From assembly GCA_963766735.1 (NCBI GenBank), contig CAVYBU010000018.1:1-56759 (forward strand): a stretch of 56,759 nucleotides of DNA. Direction: 5' to 3'. This DNA comes from an uncultured Chloroflexia bacterium (GTDB taxonomy: Bacteria > Chloroflexota > Limnocylindria > Limnocylindrales > CSP1-4). Shown here in pieces: positions 1 through 9,200 of the stretch. The notes beneath the pieces were generated by a model, which worked only from the letters and a program-made list of their open reading frames with translations, made no database searches and was not told the origin of the DNA. How positions within the stretch are numbered: the first letter of the stretch is position 1; the number at the start of each line of letters is the position of its first letter. The position numbers and the translations under genes are program-made.

Positions 1-4
1 GCAT

Positions 5-33
5 TTGACAGGATCGCCTCCAGCACGCATCCT
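5..33 (+). promoter_or_regulatory. sigma70-type promoter for the small Zn-ribbon gene
   Basis: TTGACA (5-10), 17-nt spacer, CATCCT (28-33); implies a ~160-nt 5' leader before ATG 201. Confidence 0.55.
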
Positions 34-200
34 TCACCCATAGCCCGATTGCACGCGGCCATCAGGTAGGCGCTCAACACGCGCAACCGTCGCCGCGCCG
101 GGTCCATCACATCGCCGCTCCGGCCACCGCATATCCGGCCGTTGGAGCAGCAGGCTCACCGTCCCAAACCGACGGAGCCCGGAAAGGAACTCACTCTCAC

Positions 201-389
201 ATGTTGTCTCGCGCCACCACGAGTGCCGTGGCGTACCGCGCCAGCTCGATGCGCCGCATGCGCCGCCGAGTCGTCGTCGCCAACCGGCCCTATTGCGCCA
301 CCAACGGCTGCACCAGCTTCCTCGTCACCGATGAGCTGGGCGGCGTCGCCTACTGCGAGATCTGCGGCTACTCGCGCAAGCTCAACTGA
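201..389 (+). CDS. small basic zinc-ribbon protein (62 aa)
   Basis: AAGGA SD upstream; Arg-rich N-terminus, then CxxxxC...CxxCGY; GC-rich third codon positions. Confidence 0.75.
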   Translation: MLSRATTSAVAYRASSMRRMRRRVVVANRPYCATNGCTSFLVTDELGGVAYCEICGYSRKLN

Positions 390-437
390 GCTTCCGCGGC
401 GAAGCGCCGCCCTCGCCCCTCCGGCCGGCCCCCTGGG

Positions 438-558
438 TCGGCCGTTTGATTCCCGGGCACCGGACGGTGCAATCCGGCTCGGCCGTTGATTCCCAGGCAT
501 GTGGGGTGCGATCCGGCTCGCGGCGCGCGACGCCAACCGGCTCGCGGCGCGCGACGCC
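438..558. repeat. nested intergenic tandem repeats
   Basis: two ~40-bp copies TCGGCCGTT(T)GATTCCC...GGTGC(A/G)ATCCGGC (438, 479); CCGGCTCGCGGCGCGCGACGCC twice (513, 537). Confidence 0.75.
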
Positions 559-637
559 GTGACGCGATCGGCCCCGACTCGCCATCATCGACGGTGACAC
601 CGAGCAGCCGGTCCGATCGGGCCGGGAAGGAGAACCG

Positions 638-2002
638 ATGACAGGCGGCAGGATCCTCGACCGGTCGCGGCTCGAGCAGCTCATGGCGGCCGAGATGGCG
701 ACGTTCGATCGGGCCAACCCGCGCTCGAAGGCGCTCTGGGAGCAGGCGAAGGGGTCGCTGCTCGACGGCGTCCCGATGAACTGGATGGTCAAGTGGGCGG
801 GCCCGTTTCCGCTGTTCGTCGACTCTGCAGCGGGCGCCCATTTCACCGACGTGGACGGCCACGAGTACGCGGACTTCTGCCTGGGCGACACGGGCGCGAT
901 GGCCGGGCACGGCCCCGAGGCGACGATCAAGGCGGTGGAGCGCCAGATGCGCCGCGGGATCACCCACATGCTGCCCACCGAGGACGCGGCCATCGCGGGC
1001 GACGAGCTGCGCCGCCGCTTCGGCCTCCGGTACTGGCAGTTCACCCTGACCGCCACGGATGCGAACCGGTTCGTCATCCGGCTCGCCCGCGAGGTCACGG
1101 GCAGGTCGAAGATCCTGGTCCACAACCACAACTACCACGGGTCCGTGGACGAGACCTTCGCGGTCATCGGGCCGGACGGCGGGATCGTCGAGCGGCGCGG
1201 GAACATCGGCAGGCCGGTGCCTCTCGACGAGACGACCCGCGTGGTGGAGATCAACGACCTCGAGGGCCTCGAGCGCGAGCTGGCGTACGGGGACGTCGCG
1301 GCCGTCCTGTTCGAGCCCGCGCTCACCAACGTGGGGATCGTCCTGCCGGACCCGGGCTATCACGAGGCCGTCCGGGAGCTGACCCGGATCCACGGGACGC
1401 TGCTCATCAACGACGAGACGCACACGATCTGCGCGGGGCCCGGCGGCTACACCGGCGTCCACGGGCTCACGCCGGACTTCCTCACGATCGGCAAGACCAT
1501 CGGGGGCGGGATCCCGGCCGGCGCCTACGGGTTCACGGAAGATCTGGCCGAGCGGATCCGGGCGGCGATCCCGTGGGACGACTGTGATGCCGGGGGCATC
1601 GGCGGGACGCTGGCCGGGAACGCGCTGTCCCTGGCGGCGATCCGGGCGACCCTGACCGAGGTCCTCACCGATGAGGCATTCGCCCGGATGATCTCGCTGG
1701 GCGAGCGTTTCGAGGCCGGAGTGGACTGGGTCCTGCGCACCCACGACGTGCCGTGGAACGTGACGCGCCTGGGAGCCCGGGTCGAGTACCACTTCATGCC
1801 GTCACCGCCCCGCAACGGGTCCGAGCAGTGGGCGCACGGCGACGCGGAGCTGGAGCGGTTCCTGCACCTATGGGCGATGAACCGGGGCGTGCTGATGACG
1901 CCCTTCCACAACATGTCGCTGATGTCACCCGCCACGACCGAGGCCGACGTGGACCTCCATACGCAGGTCTTCGGCGAGGCGATCGAGGCGCTGTTCGGGT
2001 AG
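638..2002 (+). CDS. class III PLP-dependent aminotransferase (GSA-aminomutase-like)
   Basis: DVDGHEYADF, YHGS, LLINDETHT, PDFLTIGKTIGGG (PLP Lys), GTLAGN; AAGGAG SD. Confidence 0.9.
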   Translation: MTGGRILDRSRLEQLMAAEMATFDRANPRSKALWEQAKGSLLDGVPMNWMVKWAGPFPLFVDSAAGAHFTDVDGHEYADFCLGDTGAMAGHGPEATIKAVERQMRRGITHMLPTEDAAIAGDELRRRFGLRYWQFTLTATDANRFVIRLAREVTGRSKILVHNHNYHGSVDETFAVIGPDGGIVERRGNIGRPVPLDETTRVVEINDLEGLERELAYGDVAAVLFEPALTNVGIVLPDPGYHEAVRELTRIHGTLLINDETHTICAGPGGYTGVHGLTPDFLTIGKTIGGGIPAGAYGFTEDLAERIRAAIPWDDCDAGGIGGTLAGNALSLAAIRATLTEVLTDEAFARMISLGERFEAGVDWVLRTHDVPWNVTRLGARVEYHFMPSPPRNGSEQWAHGDAELERFLHLWAMNRGVLMTPFHNMSLMSPATTEADVDLHTQVFGEAIEALFG

Positions 2003-2018
2003 GGAGACGCGGCTGCGC

Positions 2019-3483
2019 GTGGCGCCAGGGACGAAGACCGGCGAGGTTGATCGGCATGGCCAGGACATGGAGGCGCTCTACCAGGCGAGGTTGCGGCGGT
2101 ACGTCACTGCCCTCAACAACCGCAAGCCGGACCGCGTGCCGATCCGGCCGCTCGCGGCCGAGTTCACGGGCCGCCACGCGGGCTACACCTGCCAGCAGCT
2201 GACGCAGCACTATCCCGACGCCTTCGAGGCGATGATCCAGTGCAGCAGGGACTACGACTGGGACGCCGTCCCCGCGAGCATGGTCTACGTCTGGACGGGC
2301 ATCACGGATGCGGCAACGGTCACGTACTACGGCGTGCCGGGCGTGGACGTGCCACCGGACGCCGGCTTCCAGTATCGCGAGCCACCCGAGGACGCCTCGT
2401 TCATGCGCGAGGACGAGTACGACCGGCTGATCGACGATCCCGTCGCCTTCCTGTACGAGGTCTGGCTGCCCCGTGCAACCCGCAGCATCGCTGCGGCCGG
2501 CGAGCCCGTGACCTTCCGCCACAACGTGGCCCTGGTGTCGGCCGCGATGGCCATGACCGAGTACTTCAACGCCTTCGGACCGCATACCGACGCGGCTGCG
2601 CACCGAGGCGGCATGCCCGGCGCGATCGCCGGGATCTTCAAGGCCCCGTTCGACATCCTGGCCGACAAGCTGCGCGGCTACATCGGGCTGACGATGGACA
2701 TGCAGACGCAGCCGGACAAGGTGCTCAAGGCGTGCGAGGCCCTGATGCCCCACCTCTACTGGGTGGCGGCCATCGACGGCCGATCCCGCCTCACAGCTGC
2801 CGATCGGCTACTGGATGCACCGCGGCTGCGTGCCCTTCGTCCGGCCCGACCAGTTCGCCTCGCACTACTGGCCGACGGTGAAGCCGCTGATCGAGGAGCT
2901 GTGGCGAAACGGCCACCAGACGATGTTCTACGCCGAGGGCAACTGGGACGCGCACCTCGACGCGTTCCGCGAGCTGCCGGAGCGCAGCATCGTCTACCAC
3001 ATCGACCGCGGCAACCCGCTGCTGACGCATCTCAAGCTGCACGACAAGTTCGCGCTGAGCGGCGGCATCAGCAATGTGACGCTGGCCTTCGGCACACCCG
3101 AGCAGGTGCGCACCGAGGTGAGGACGCTGATCGAGACGGTGGGCCGGGACGGCGGCTTCATCATGGACGCCAGCGCGATCATGATGAACGACACGACACC
3201 CGAGAACATGCGGGCGATGGTCGAGGCGACGCGCGAGTTCGGTGACTACGCCGCGCCGGACATCCTGCCCGAACCGCTGCGCGTTGCCCCGGGATCGATC
3301 GAGGAGACGGCGGGACCGCGCGCGATCACCGGACGTCAGCCGGGTGTGACGGTCCCGTGGGACGAGCACAGGGCGGAGCTGACGGGGCCGATCCAGGGCA
3401 GCGAGGAGCTGGCCAAGCGCGTCTGGGAGGCGGCGGACGCCAACGGCGCGATGTTCATCTGGCAGATGCTGCTGTCGTTCTGA
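2019..3483 (+). CDS. uroporphyrinogen decarboxylase/MtaA-like TIM-barrel protein, frameshifted near 2771
   Basis: KPDRVP N-terminus, PFDILADKLRG, LSGGI...FGTPEQVR...GRDGGFI; removing one base near 2771 joins ORFs 2019 and 2815 (YWVAASTADPASQLPIGYWMHRG); start could be ATG 2067. Confidence 0.8.
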
Positions 3484-3543
3484 GGCAGACCGGCGCGGGC
3501 ATGCCCCGCGCGTACGGTGACGAGCCCTCGGGGTCGACCCGCG

Positions 3544-4435
3544 TCAGTCCTCGTCCTCGTCGGGCGACGGCACCTCGACGCCCAGCTCGGCCATCAGCCC
3601 CTGGATGTCCGGGTCCTCGAGCAGCTCGTCCAGGTCACGCACGTCGTCCATGCGCCTCGACCTGCTCCGGGATCAGCCGCTGGACGCGGACGCGGTACCC
3701 GGGCACGCGGCTCCGGAGCTCGGTGACTCGGGCGTCGCGCACCAGCGATCTGGCCGTGAACACGCCTTCGGCGCCAGCCGGTCCGGGACCAGGCCCGCGG
3801 GACGATCGAGCGCCACGGTCTCGATGACAGCGTGGAGCACGTCCGCGGACGCGGCACCCCACGACACCTCGCCAGTCTCAAGAATGAGCTCGACTGCCAC
3901 GGCGTGGACCACGGATCGGGGCCGTCCAGCCTGGCCGCCTCCAGGGCGTCGAGGAGCGTCGCCCGAGCCTCGAGCGCCTCCGGCGCTCACGTCACCCGGA
4001 TGCATCGGCGGCAGCGACTCCACCATGACGTCGACCTGGCGATGCACCCATTCGGGAGGCTCCGACGTCCTCTCCCAGCGGCGGCTCCATCAGCGCCTCG
4101 ACACGCGACCACACCGGGGCGGGCGTCCCCTCGGGCCACACGCCGGCCAGGGCGCGCCGCAGCCGCGGGTTGACGGCCGCCTCCGCCTCCACTGCCCCGA
4201 TCACGCGGTGCCCATGCTGTGCGACGTAGTCCTCGAGCGGCCCGGCCGCGATCAGGTCGAGTGCATCGTCCGGCGCCCGGCGGACGATCTCCAGGAGCAG
4301 CGGCCACGCGACGTCCGGCCGGTTCTCGATCAGCTCTTCCAGCACCAGCCAGGTCCAGTGGTTGTCGCCCGCCCAGCCGGCGCTCTGCGTGAGGTAGCCA
4401 TCGACGACAATCCGGGCAAGGGTGTCAGAACTCAT
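3544..4435 (-). pseudogene. DUF6869-like protein with C-terminal domain and acidic tail, broken by ~5 single-base indels (pseudogene or read error)
   Basis: N-terminal AWPLLLEIV...IAAGPLED motif; indels near 4062, 3981, 3912, 3780 and 3653 restore a continuous reading ending DLDELLEDPDIQGLMAELGVEVPSPDEDED*. Confidence 0.6.
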
Positions 4436-4495
4436 GGCCCCATGCTATCCCCGGTCGCGATCCTGCGACCAAGTCCCCCCGCGCGCACCCGGTGC

Positions 4496-5044
4496 CTACG
4501 GCCGGAGCCACCAACGGCGCTCGCGAACGTGCTCGCCGCCCAGCTCCTCGTCCACGTCCTCCTCGGGCGCAAAACCGCGGGCCGCGTAGAACGTCTCCCC
4601 GGCCGTGTTGCCCACCAGCACGTCTGCCGCGATCGGCATGCCCGGATGCGCGTCCAGGATCGCGTCAAGAAGCGCCGATCCAAGCCCCGCTCCCCGGAGC
4701 TCCGGGTCAGCGTAGAGCGCCACCAGCGTCACGCGTTCGGGCTCGATCGCGCTCTCCGCGAAGGCGGCCACCACGTCGCCCAGCATCGCCACCCACGTCT
4801 CGTGGCGCTCGATGCGGAGGCCCACGCGGTCCTCCGAGTAGGCGCGCTCGAGGAACCAGTCGATGGTCTCGGGGCGGAGAAGGTCGCGGTAGGTGTCACG
4901 CCACGCCGCGTGAGCGATCGCCCGGACGGCCGGGGCGTGGGACGGGGTGGCACGGCGCACGGCGATCCGGAGTTCGGCCACGTGATCGGACGGGGACGAG
5001 CGGTCGGGCTCGGGAAGGCTGTCGGTTCCGACGGGGACGGTCAC
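4496..5044 (-). CDS. GNAT N-acetyltransferase
   Basis: VRRATP...AWRDTY, LYADPELRGAGLGSALL, N...FYAARGF. Confidence 0.9.
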   Translation of the reverse strand: MTVPVGTDSLPEPDRSSPSDHVAELRIAVRRATPSHAPAVRAIAHAAWRDTYRDLLRPETIDWFLERAYSEDRVGLRIERHETWVAMLGDVVAAFAESAIEPERVTLVALYADPELRGAGLGSALLDAILDAHPGMPIAADVLVGNTAGETFYAARGFAPEEDVDEELGGEHVRERRWWLRP

Positions 5045-5058
5045 GCGCGGAGTGTACT

Positions 5059-5080
5059 AAGGCATCTTCAAGGCATCTTC
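5059..5080. repeat. perfect 11-bp tandem direct repeat next to the GNAT -10 box
   Basis: AAGGCATCTTC twice (5059-5069, 5070-5080). Confidence 0.7.
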
Positions 5081-5123
5081 CCGTCGACGCTACCAACGCG
5101 GACGCGTGCGGGCCTCGGCGTCC

Positions 5124-5621
5124 TCAATCGAGACACCGGAGGACCGAGCAGTCCGGTGCGCGGTCGGACAGCCAGAGCTCGTACAGCTGCTCGAAACCGT
5201 CGAATGCGTCCATGACCGGTTCGCCGTAGTAGTGCTCGCAGGTCGCATGGCCAATCGTGGACTCGCAGTGCTCGTGCGTCGCGACGTCGTACAGGCGCAC
5301 GAAGGCGGCCGTATCGTGTCGGTGGAAGGCGCGTCGATACCCGAGCTCGTGGTGCCGCAACTCGTACCGGTAGTCGATGCGTTCCCATCGGCCCCGGCCG
5401 GCCGGGCTCCAGCGCTCGAAAAGGTCGAGGACCACATCGCCGGTTCGAGGCGGCACAGGGAGGCGGGCCTCGAGGTCGATGACCAGGTTGCCGGTCGCCT
5501 CCCGGCCCATGTTGATCTGGTCACCGTCGTCCGGCGGCAGCACCGTGACCGCGTAGCGCTCGAGCCTCTCGACCAGGTCGGCGAGGTAGCGGAGCAGGTC
5601 GTCCGTTGAGGCGGCCGTCAC
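5124..5621 (-). CDS. hypothetical His/Cys-rich protein, candidate toxin (DUF6516-like by eye)
   Basis: 165 aa; GTG overlaps the upstream TGA (GTGA); pattern LDLFERW...YRYEL...RAFHRHD...THEHC. Confidence 0.7.
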   Translation of the reverse strand: MTAASTDDLLRYLADLVERLERYAVTVLPPDDGDQINMGREATGNLVIDLEARLPVPPRTGDVVLDLFERWSPAGRGRWERIDYRYELRHHELGYRRAFHRHDTAAFVRLYDVATHEHCESTIGHATCEHYYGEPVMDAFDGFEQLYELWLSDRAPDCSVLRCLD

Positions 5622-5884
5622 CGCCGGACGATCTCGCGCTGGGAGGGAAGCCCTTCGTCTGCGCCAACAACCACCTCGCGTCGGGCGGGCCCGATCGTGA
5701 CGCGCCGGCGCCTCGGACGGAACCCCTCTCGCCAGAGATCGAACGCTGCGATGGGGATCCGCGTGATCCGGGGCGACACCCGCAGGGCCGGCAGATCACC
5801 GCGATTGACCAGGTCGAGCACGGCGTCATCACTGATTCCCAGGATCTCGGCGACTTCCTTCGGCGTGTGGTACAGCCTTGCCAC
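5618..5884 (-). CDS. excisionase-like HTH_17 DNA-binding protein, candidate antitoxin
   Basis: MARLYHTPKEVAEILGISDDAVLDLVNRGDLPALRV...RIP; GAGG SD before GTG 5884; it is the real 3' end of the listed 620-aa ORF. Confidence 0.85.
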   Translation of the reverse strand: MARLYHTPKEVAEILGISDDAVLDLVNRGDLPALRVSPRITRIPIAAFDLWREGFRPRRRRVTIGPARREVVVGADEGLPSQREIVRR

Positions 5885-5901
5885 GTCATATGCCTCTATA
5901 T

Positions 5902-5940
5902 CGGTATCTTGCACGATACCGCTCAGACCGCTGTTGTCAA
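5902..5940 (-). promoter_or_regulatory. promoter with a palindromic operator overlapping the -10 box
   Basis: minus-strand TTGACA (5940-5935)-N16-TATCGT; perfect inverted repeat CGGTATC-N6-GATACCG (5902-5921). Confidence 0.7.
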
Positions 5941-6253
5941 CCCGGCGACGTCCCCGCCCTCCGCGCGCGGGCGGCCCTCGATCGAGCACGATGCGACATC
6001 GTCCATGGCGTCCGGCGGCGCCCTCGACGACAAGTCTGCGACTCGACGCTTGCCGGCCACTCACCCCGACAGCATCAGGCCAGACCCGGCCGGTGAAATA
6101 CCAGTACCCCGGAGGCCACCAGCCCCCTCCTGTCCACAGTTCCGGTGCGCTCCGGCACCAGAGAGGCGGCGCCGGAAGTCCCGTCCCACGTCGCTCCTCC
6201 CCCGACCCCCGTGACACACAAGCTGGCACGCCCCGCCCGTACGATGACCCGCG

Positions 6254-9200
6254 ATGCAGTTGATCGACGGGCGACCCGTCTTCGCCGCGACGGACCTGGT
6301 GGGCTTTCTGGCCTGCGGGCACCGGCTTGCCCTGGAGCGGGCGGCGATGCACGGCCTGGTCGCGAAGCCGGTCCGGAACGATCCCTCCATCGACCTCATC
6401 GCCAAGCGCGGCCTGGAGCACGAGCGGCGGTACCTGGACGACCTCCGCGTGGAGGGCCGGACGGTGGTGGAGATCGCGAAGGACGGCTCGGAGGTCGCTC
6501 CCCCCGGCGCCCCCGAAGCCGAGCCGGTCCCGTGGGACCCTGGCAGGGACCTGCGGGCCGCGGCGGCCGAGACCCTCCAGGCGATGCAGGGCGGCGCGGA
6601 CGTCATCTACCAGGCCACCTTCTTCGACGGGACCTGGCGCGGCCACGCGGACTTCCTGCTCCGCCGGGACCATGAGCCGGGCGAGGTCGACAGCGCCTTC
6701 GGGCCGTGGCACTACGAGGTGGCGGACACCAAGCTCGCGCGGCACGTCAAGGCCTCGGCCATCCTCCAGATCTGCTCGTACGTGGAGCAGCTGACGGTGA
6801 TCCAGGGCCGGCAGCCGGAGTTCCTGTACGTGGTGCTGGGCGGCAGCGCCCGCCCCACGGACCGCCGCCGCGTGGACGACTTCATGGCCTACTACCGCCG
6901 GGTGAAACGGGAGTTCGAGCAGGAGGTGGGCATCCGCGGCGACGGCGGCGCCGAGGTGGTCTACCCGCCGGCCGATAGCTACCCGGAGCCCGTGGAGCAC
7001 TGCGCGGTCTGCCGCTGGAGCCCACAGTGCCGCGCTCGGCGCCGGGCGGACGACGACCTGAGCCTGGTCGCGGGCGCCGCGTCCCGCCAGCGCAGCGCGC
7101 TCAAGGCCCGGGGCGTCGGGACCCGTCGTGGCCTCGCCGGCCTGGAGCTGCCGATGGCGCCCGCCCTCGAGAACGTGGGCAAGGAGGCCCTGACGCGCGT
7201 CCGCGAGCAGGCACGGATCCAGGCGCAATCGGAGGATGCCGGCCGGATCCTGTGGGAGCTGCTGCCGCTTGACCGCGGCGAGGACGGTGAGCCGATCCCG
7301 CTCCGCGGGTTCCTGGGCCTGCCCGAGCCCAGCGAGGGGGACCTGTTCCTGGACCTCGAGGGGGACCCGTTCGCGCTGGACGACGGGGTGGACTACCTGT
7401 TCGGGCTCCTGGAGCCGCGCCTGCCCGAGGACGACGCGCGCTGGGCGGATCCGTCCGGCGCGCCCACTCCCAGGTTCCACGCGATCTGGAGCCTGGACGG
7501 CGATGGCCGGGTCACCTGGGCGTCAGAGAAGGCCGCGTTCGAGGCGACCGTGGACCTGATCATGGACCGCTGGGCGCGTGACCCGGACATGCACGTCTAC
7601 CACTACGCCGCGTACGAGCGAACCGCGCTCGGGCGCCTGGCCCAGCGCCACGGCACCCGCGAGGAAGAGGTGGACCGCCTGCTCCGCGGCGAGGTGCTGG
7701 TGGACCTGTACCGCGTCGTGCGCCAGGGCCTGCGCGCGGGCGTGGAGAGCTACTCCATCAAGAGGATCGAGCCGCTCTATGCGCTCACCCGGGAGCAGGA
7801 CCTGAAGGACGCCGGCAGCAGCATCGTCGCGTTCGAGGAGTGGCTGGAGCTTGGCGCGGACACGCCGGTCGAGGACGCGGCGAAGATCCTGGACGGGATC
7901 GCCGCCTACAACCGGGACGACGTGGTGAGCAACTGGCGCCTCCGGGACTGGCTGGAGGAACGACGCCGGGACCTGGAGGAGCGCGAGGGCCGGACGCTTC
8001 CCCGCCCGACCGTGGATGACGGAGCGGCCTCGCAGGAGCTCACGGAGCGCGAGCAGCGCGTGGCCGAGCTGATGGAGCGCCTGACCGAAGGCGCCCCCGC
8101 GGATCCCTCGGATCGGGCGAAGGACCCGGACGCCGCGGGCCGCTGGCTCCTCGCCCAGCTGCTGGCCTGGCACCGCCGCGAGGACAAGTCGGCCTGGTGG
8201 CGCTTCTTCGAGCTGCTGCGCATGACCGACGAGGAGCTGCTCGAGGAGCGCGAACCCCTCGCCGGACTCGTCCCCATCGGCGAGCCGCGCGTCGAGAAGA
8301 AGTCTCTCGTCTACACGTTCTCGTTCCCGCCGCAGGACCACCGCGTGGACGTGGACAGCGACGTCGCGGATCCGGTCACGCGCGAGGGCGCGGGTGCCGT
8401 GGTTTCCGTGGACGAGGTGAACCGCCGGATCGAGATCAAGCGCGGTCCGAAGCTTGCCGGGACGCCGCTGCCGACCGCGCTGGTGCCCAACGGCGTGATC
8501 CCCACGACAGAGCTGGCGGAGAGCCTGCTGCGCACGGGCGAGCTGGTGGCGGAGAGCGGCCTGTCCGGCGGCTCTGCGCCGCCCGGGGTCCCGGACCTGG
8601 GTGCCGCTCGGGCGCTGCTGCTGCGAACGCCCCCGGGCGACGTCCCGGATGACGCCCTGGTCAGACCCGGCGAGGCGCCGCTCGCCGCCGCAGTCCGCCT
8701 CGCGCCGGACCTTGCGGGCCGGGTCCTCCCGATCCAGGGCCCGCCAGGCTCGGGCAAGACGTACACCGGCGCGCACATGATCGTGCGCCTGGCGATGGCC
8801 GGACAGCGGGTCGGGGTGGTCGCCAACAGCCACAAGGTCATCGGCAACCTGCTTCGCATGGTGGACGATGTCGCCCGCGCGCAGCTGAAGAGCGGCGAGA
8901 TCTCGCGCCTCCCGCGCATCGGCCAGAAGCCGAAGACGAACCAGCAGCCGACGTTCGCGGGCGCGGCGCCGCTCCCGGACAACGCCGCCGTCGCCCAGGC
9001 CCTCCACTCGGGCAGCTGCGAGGTCGTAGGCGCGGTCGCCTGGACCTGGTGCCGGTCCGAGATGGCCCTCCCTGAGCCCGTCCTGGACGTGCTGTTCGTG
9101 GACGAGGCCGGCCAGCTGAGCCTGGCCAACGTGCTCGCGTGTGCGCCGGCCGCCCGTGCGATCGTCCTGCTCGGCGACCCGCAGCAGCTGGACCAGCCCA

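Noticed and set aside
40-200. Known riboswitch (TPP, SAM, cobalamin, c-di-AMP, c-di-GMP, glycine)
   Set aside because: No diagnostic conserved core recognised by eye; kept only as an unassigned structured leader.
2760-2790. Programmed ribosomal frameshifting here and at the other frameshifts
   Set aside because: No slippery heptamers or stimulatory elements seen, and the sites are in unrelated families not known for recoding; read error is simpler.
638-3483. hemL-hemE tetrapyrrole operon
   Set aside because: The aminotransferase lacks the HemL SPVRAF motif and the UROD-like protein lacks the HemE WxMRQAGR motif.
5618-5884. Prophage or ICE excisionase
   Set aside because: No integrase, tRNA, att repeat or phage gene in the window.
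6130-6139. DnaA-box-like CTGTCCACAG
   Set aside because: Single imperfect copy, no AT-rich unwinding element and no dnaA/dnaN nearby.
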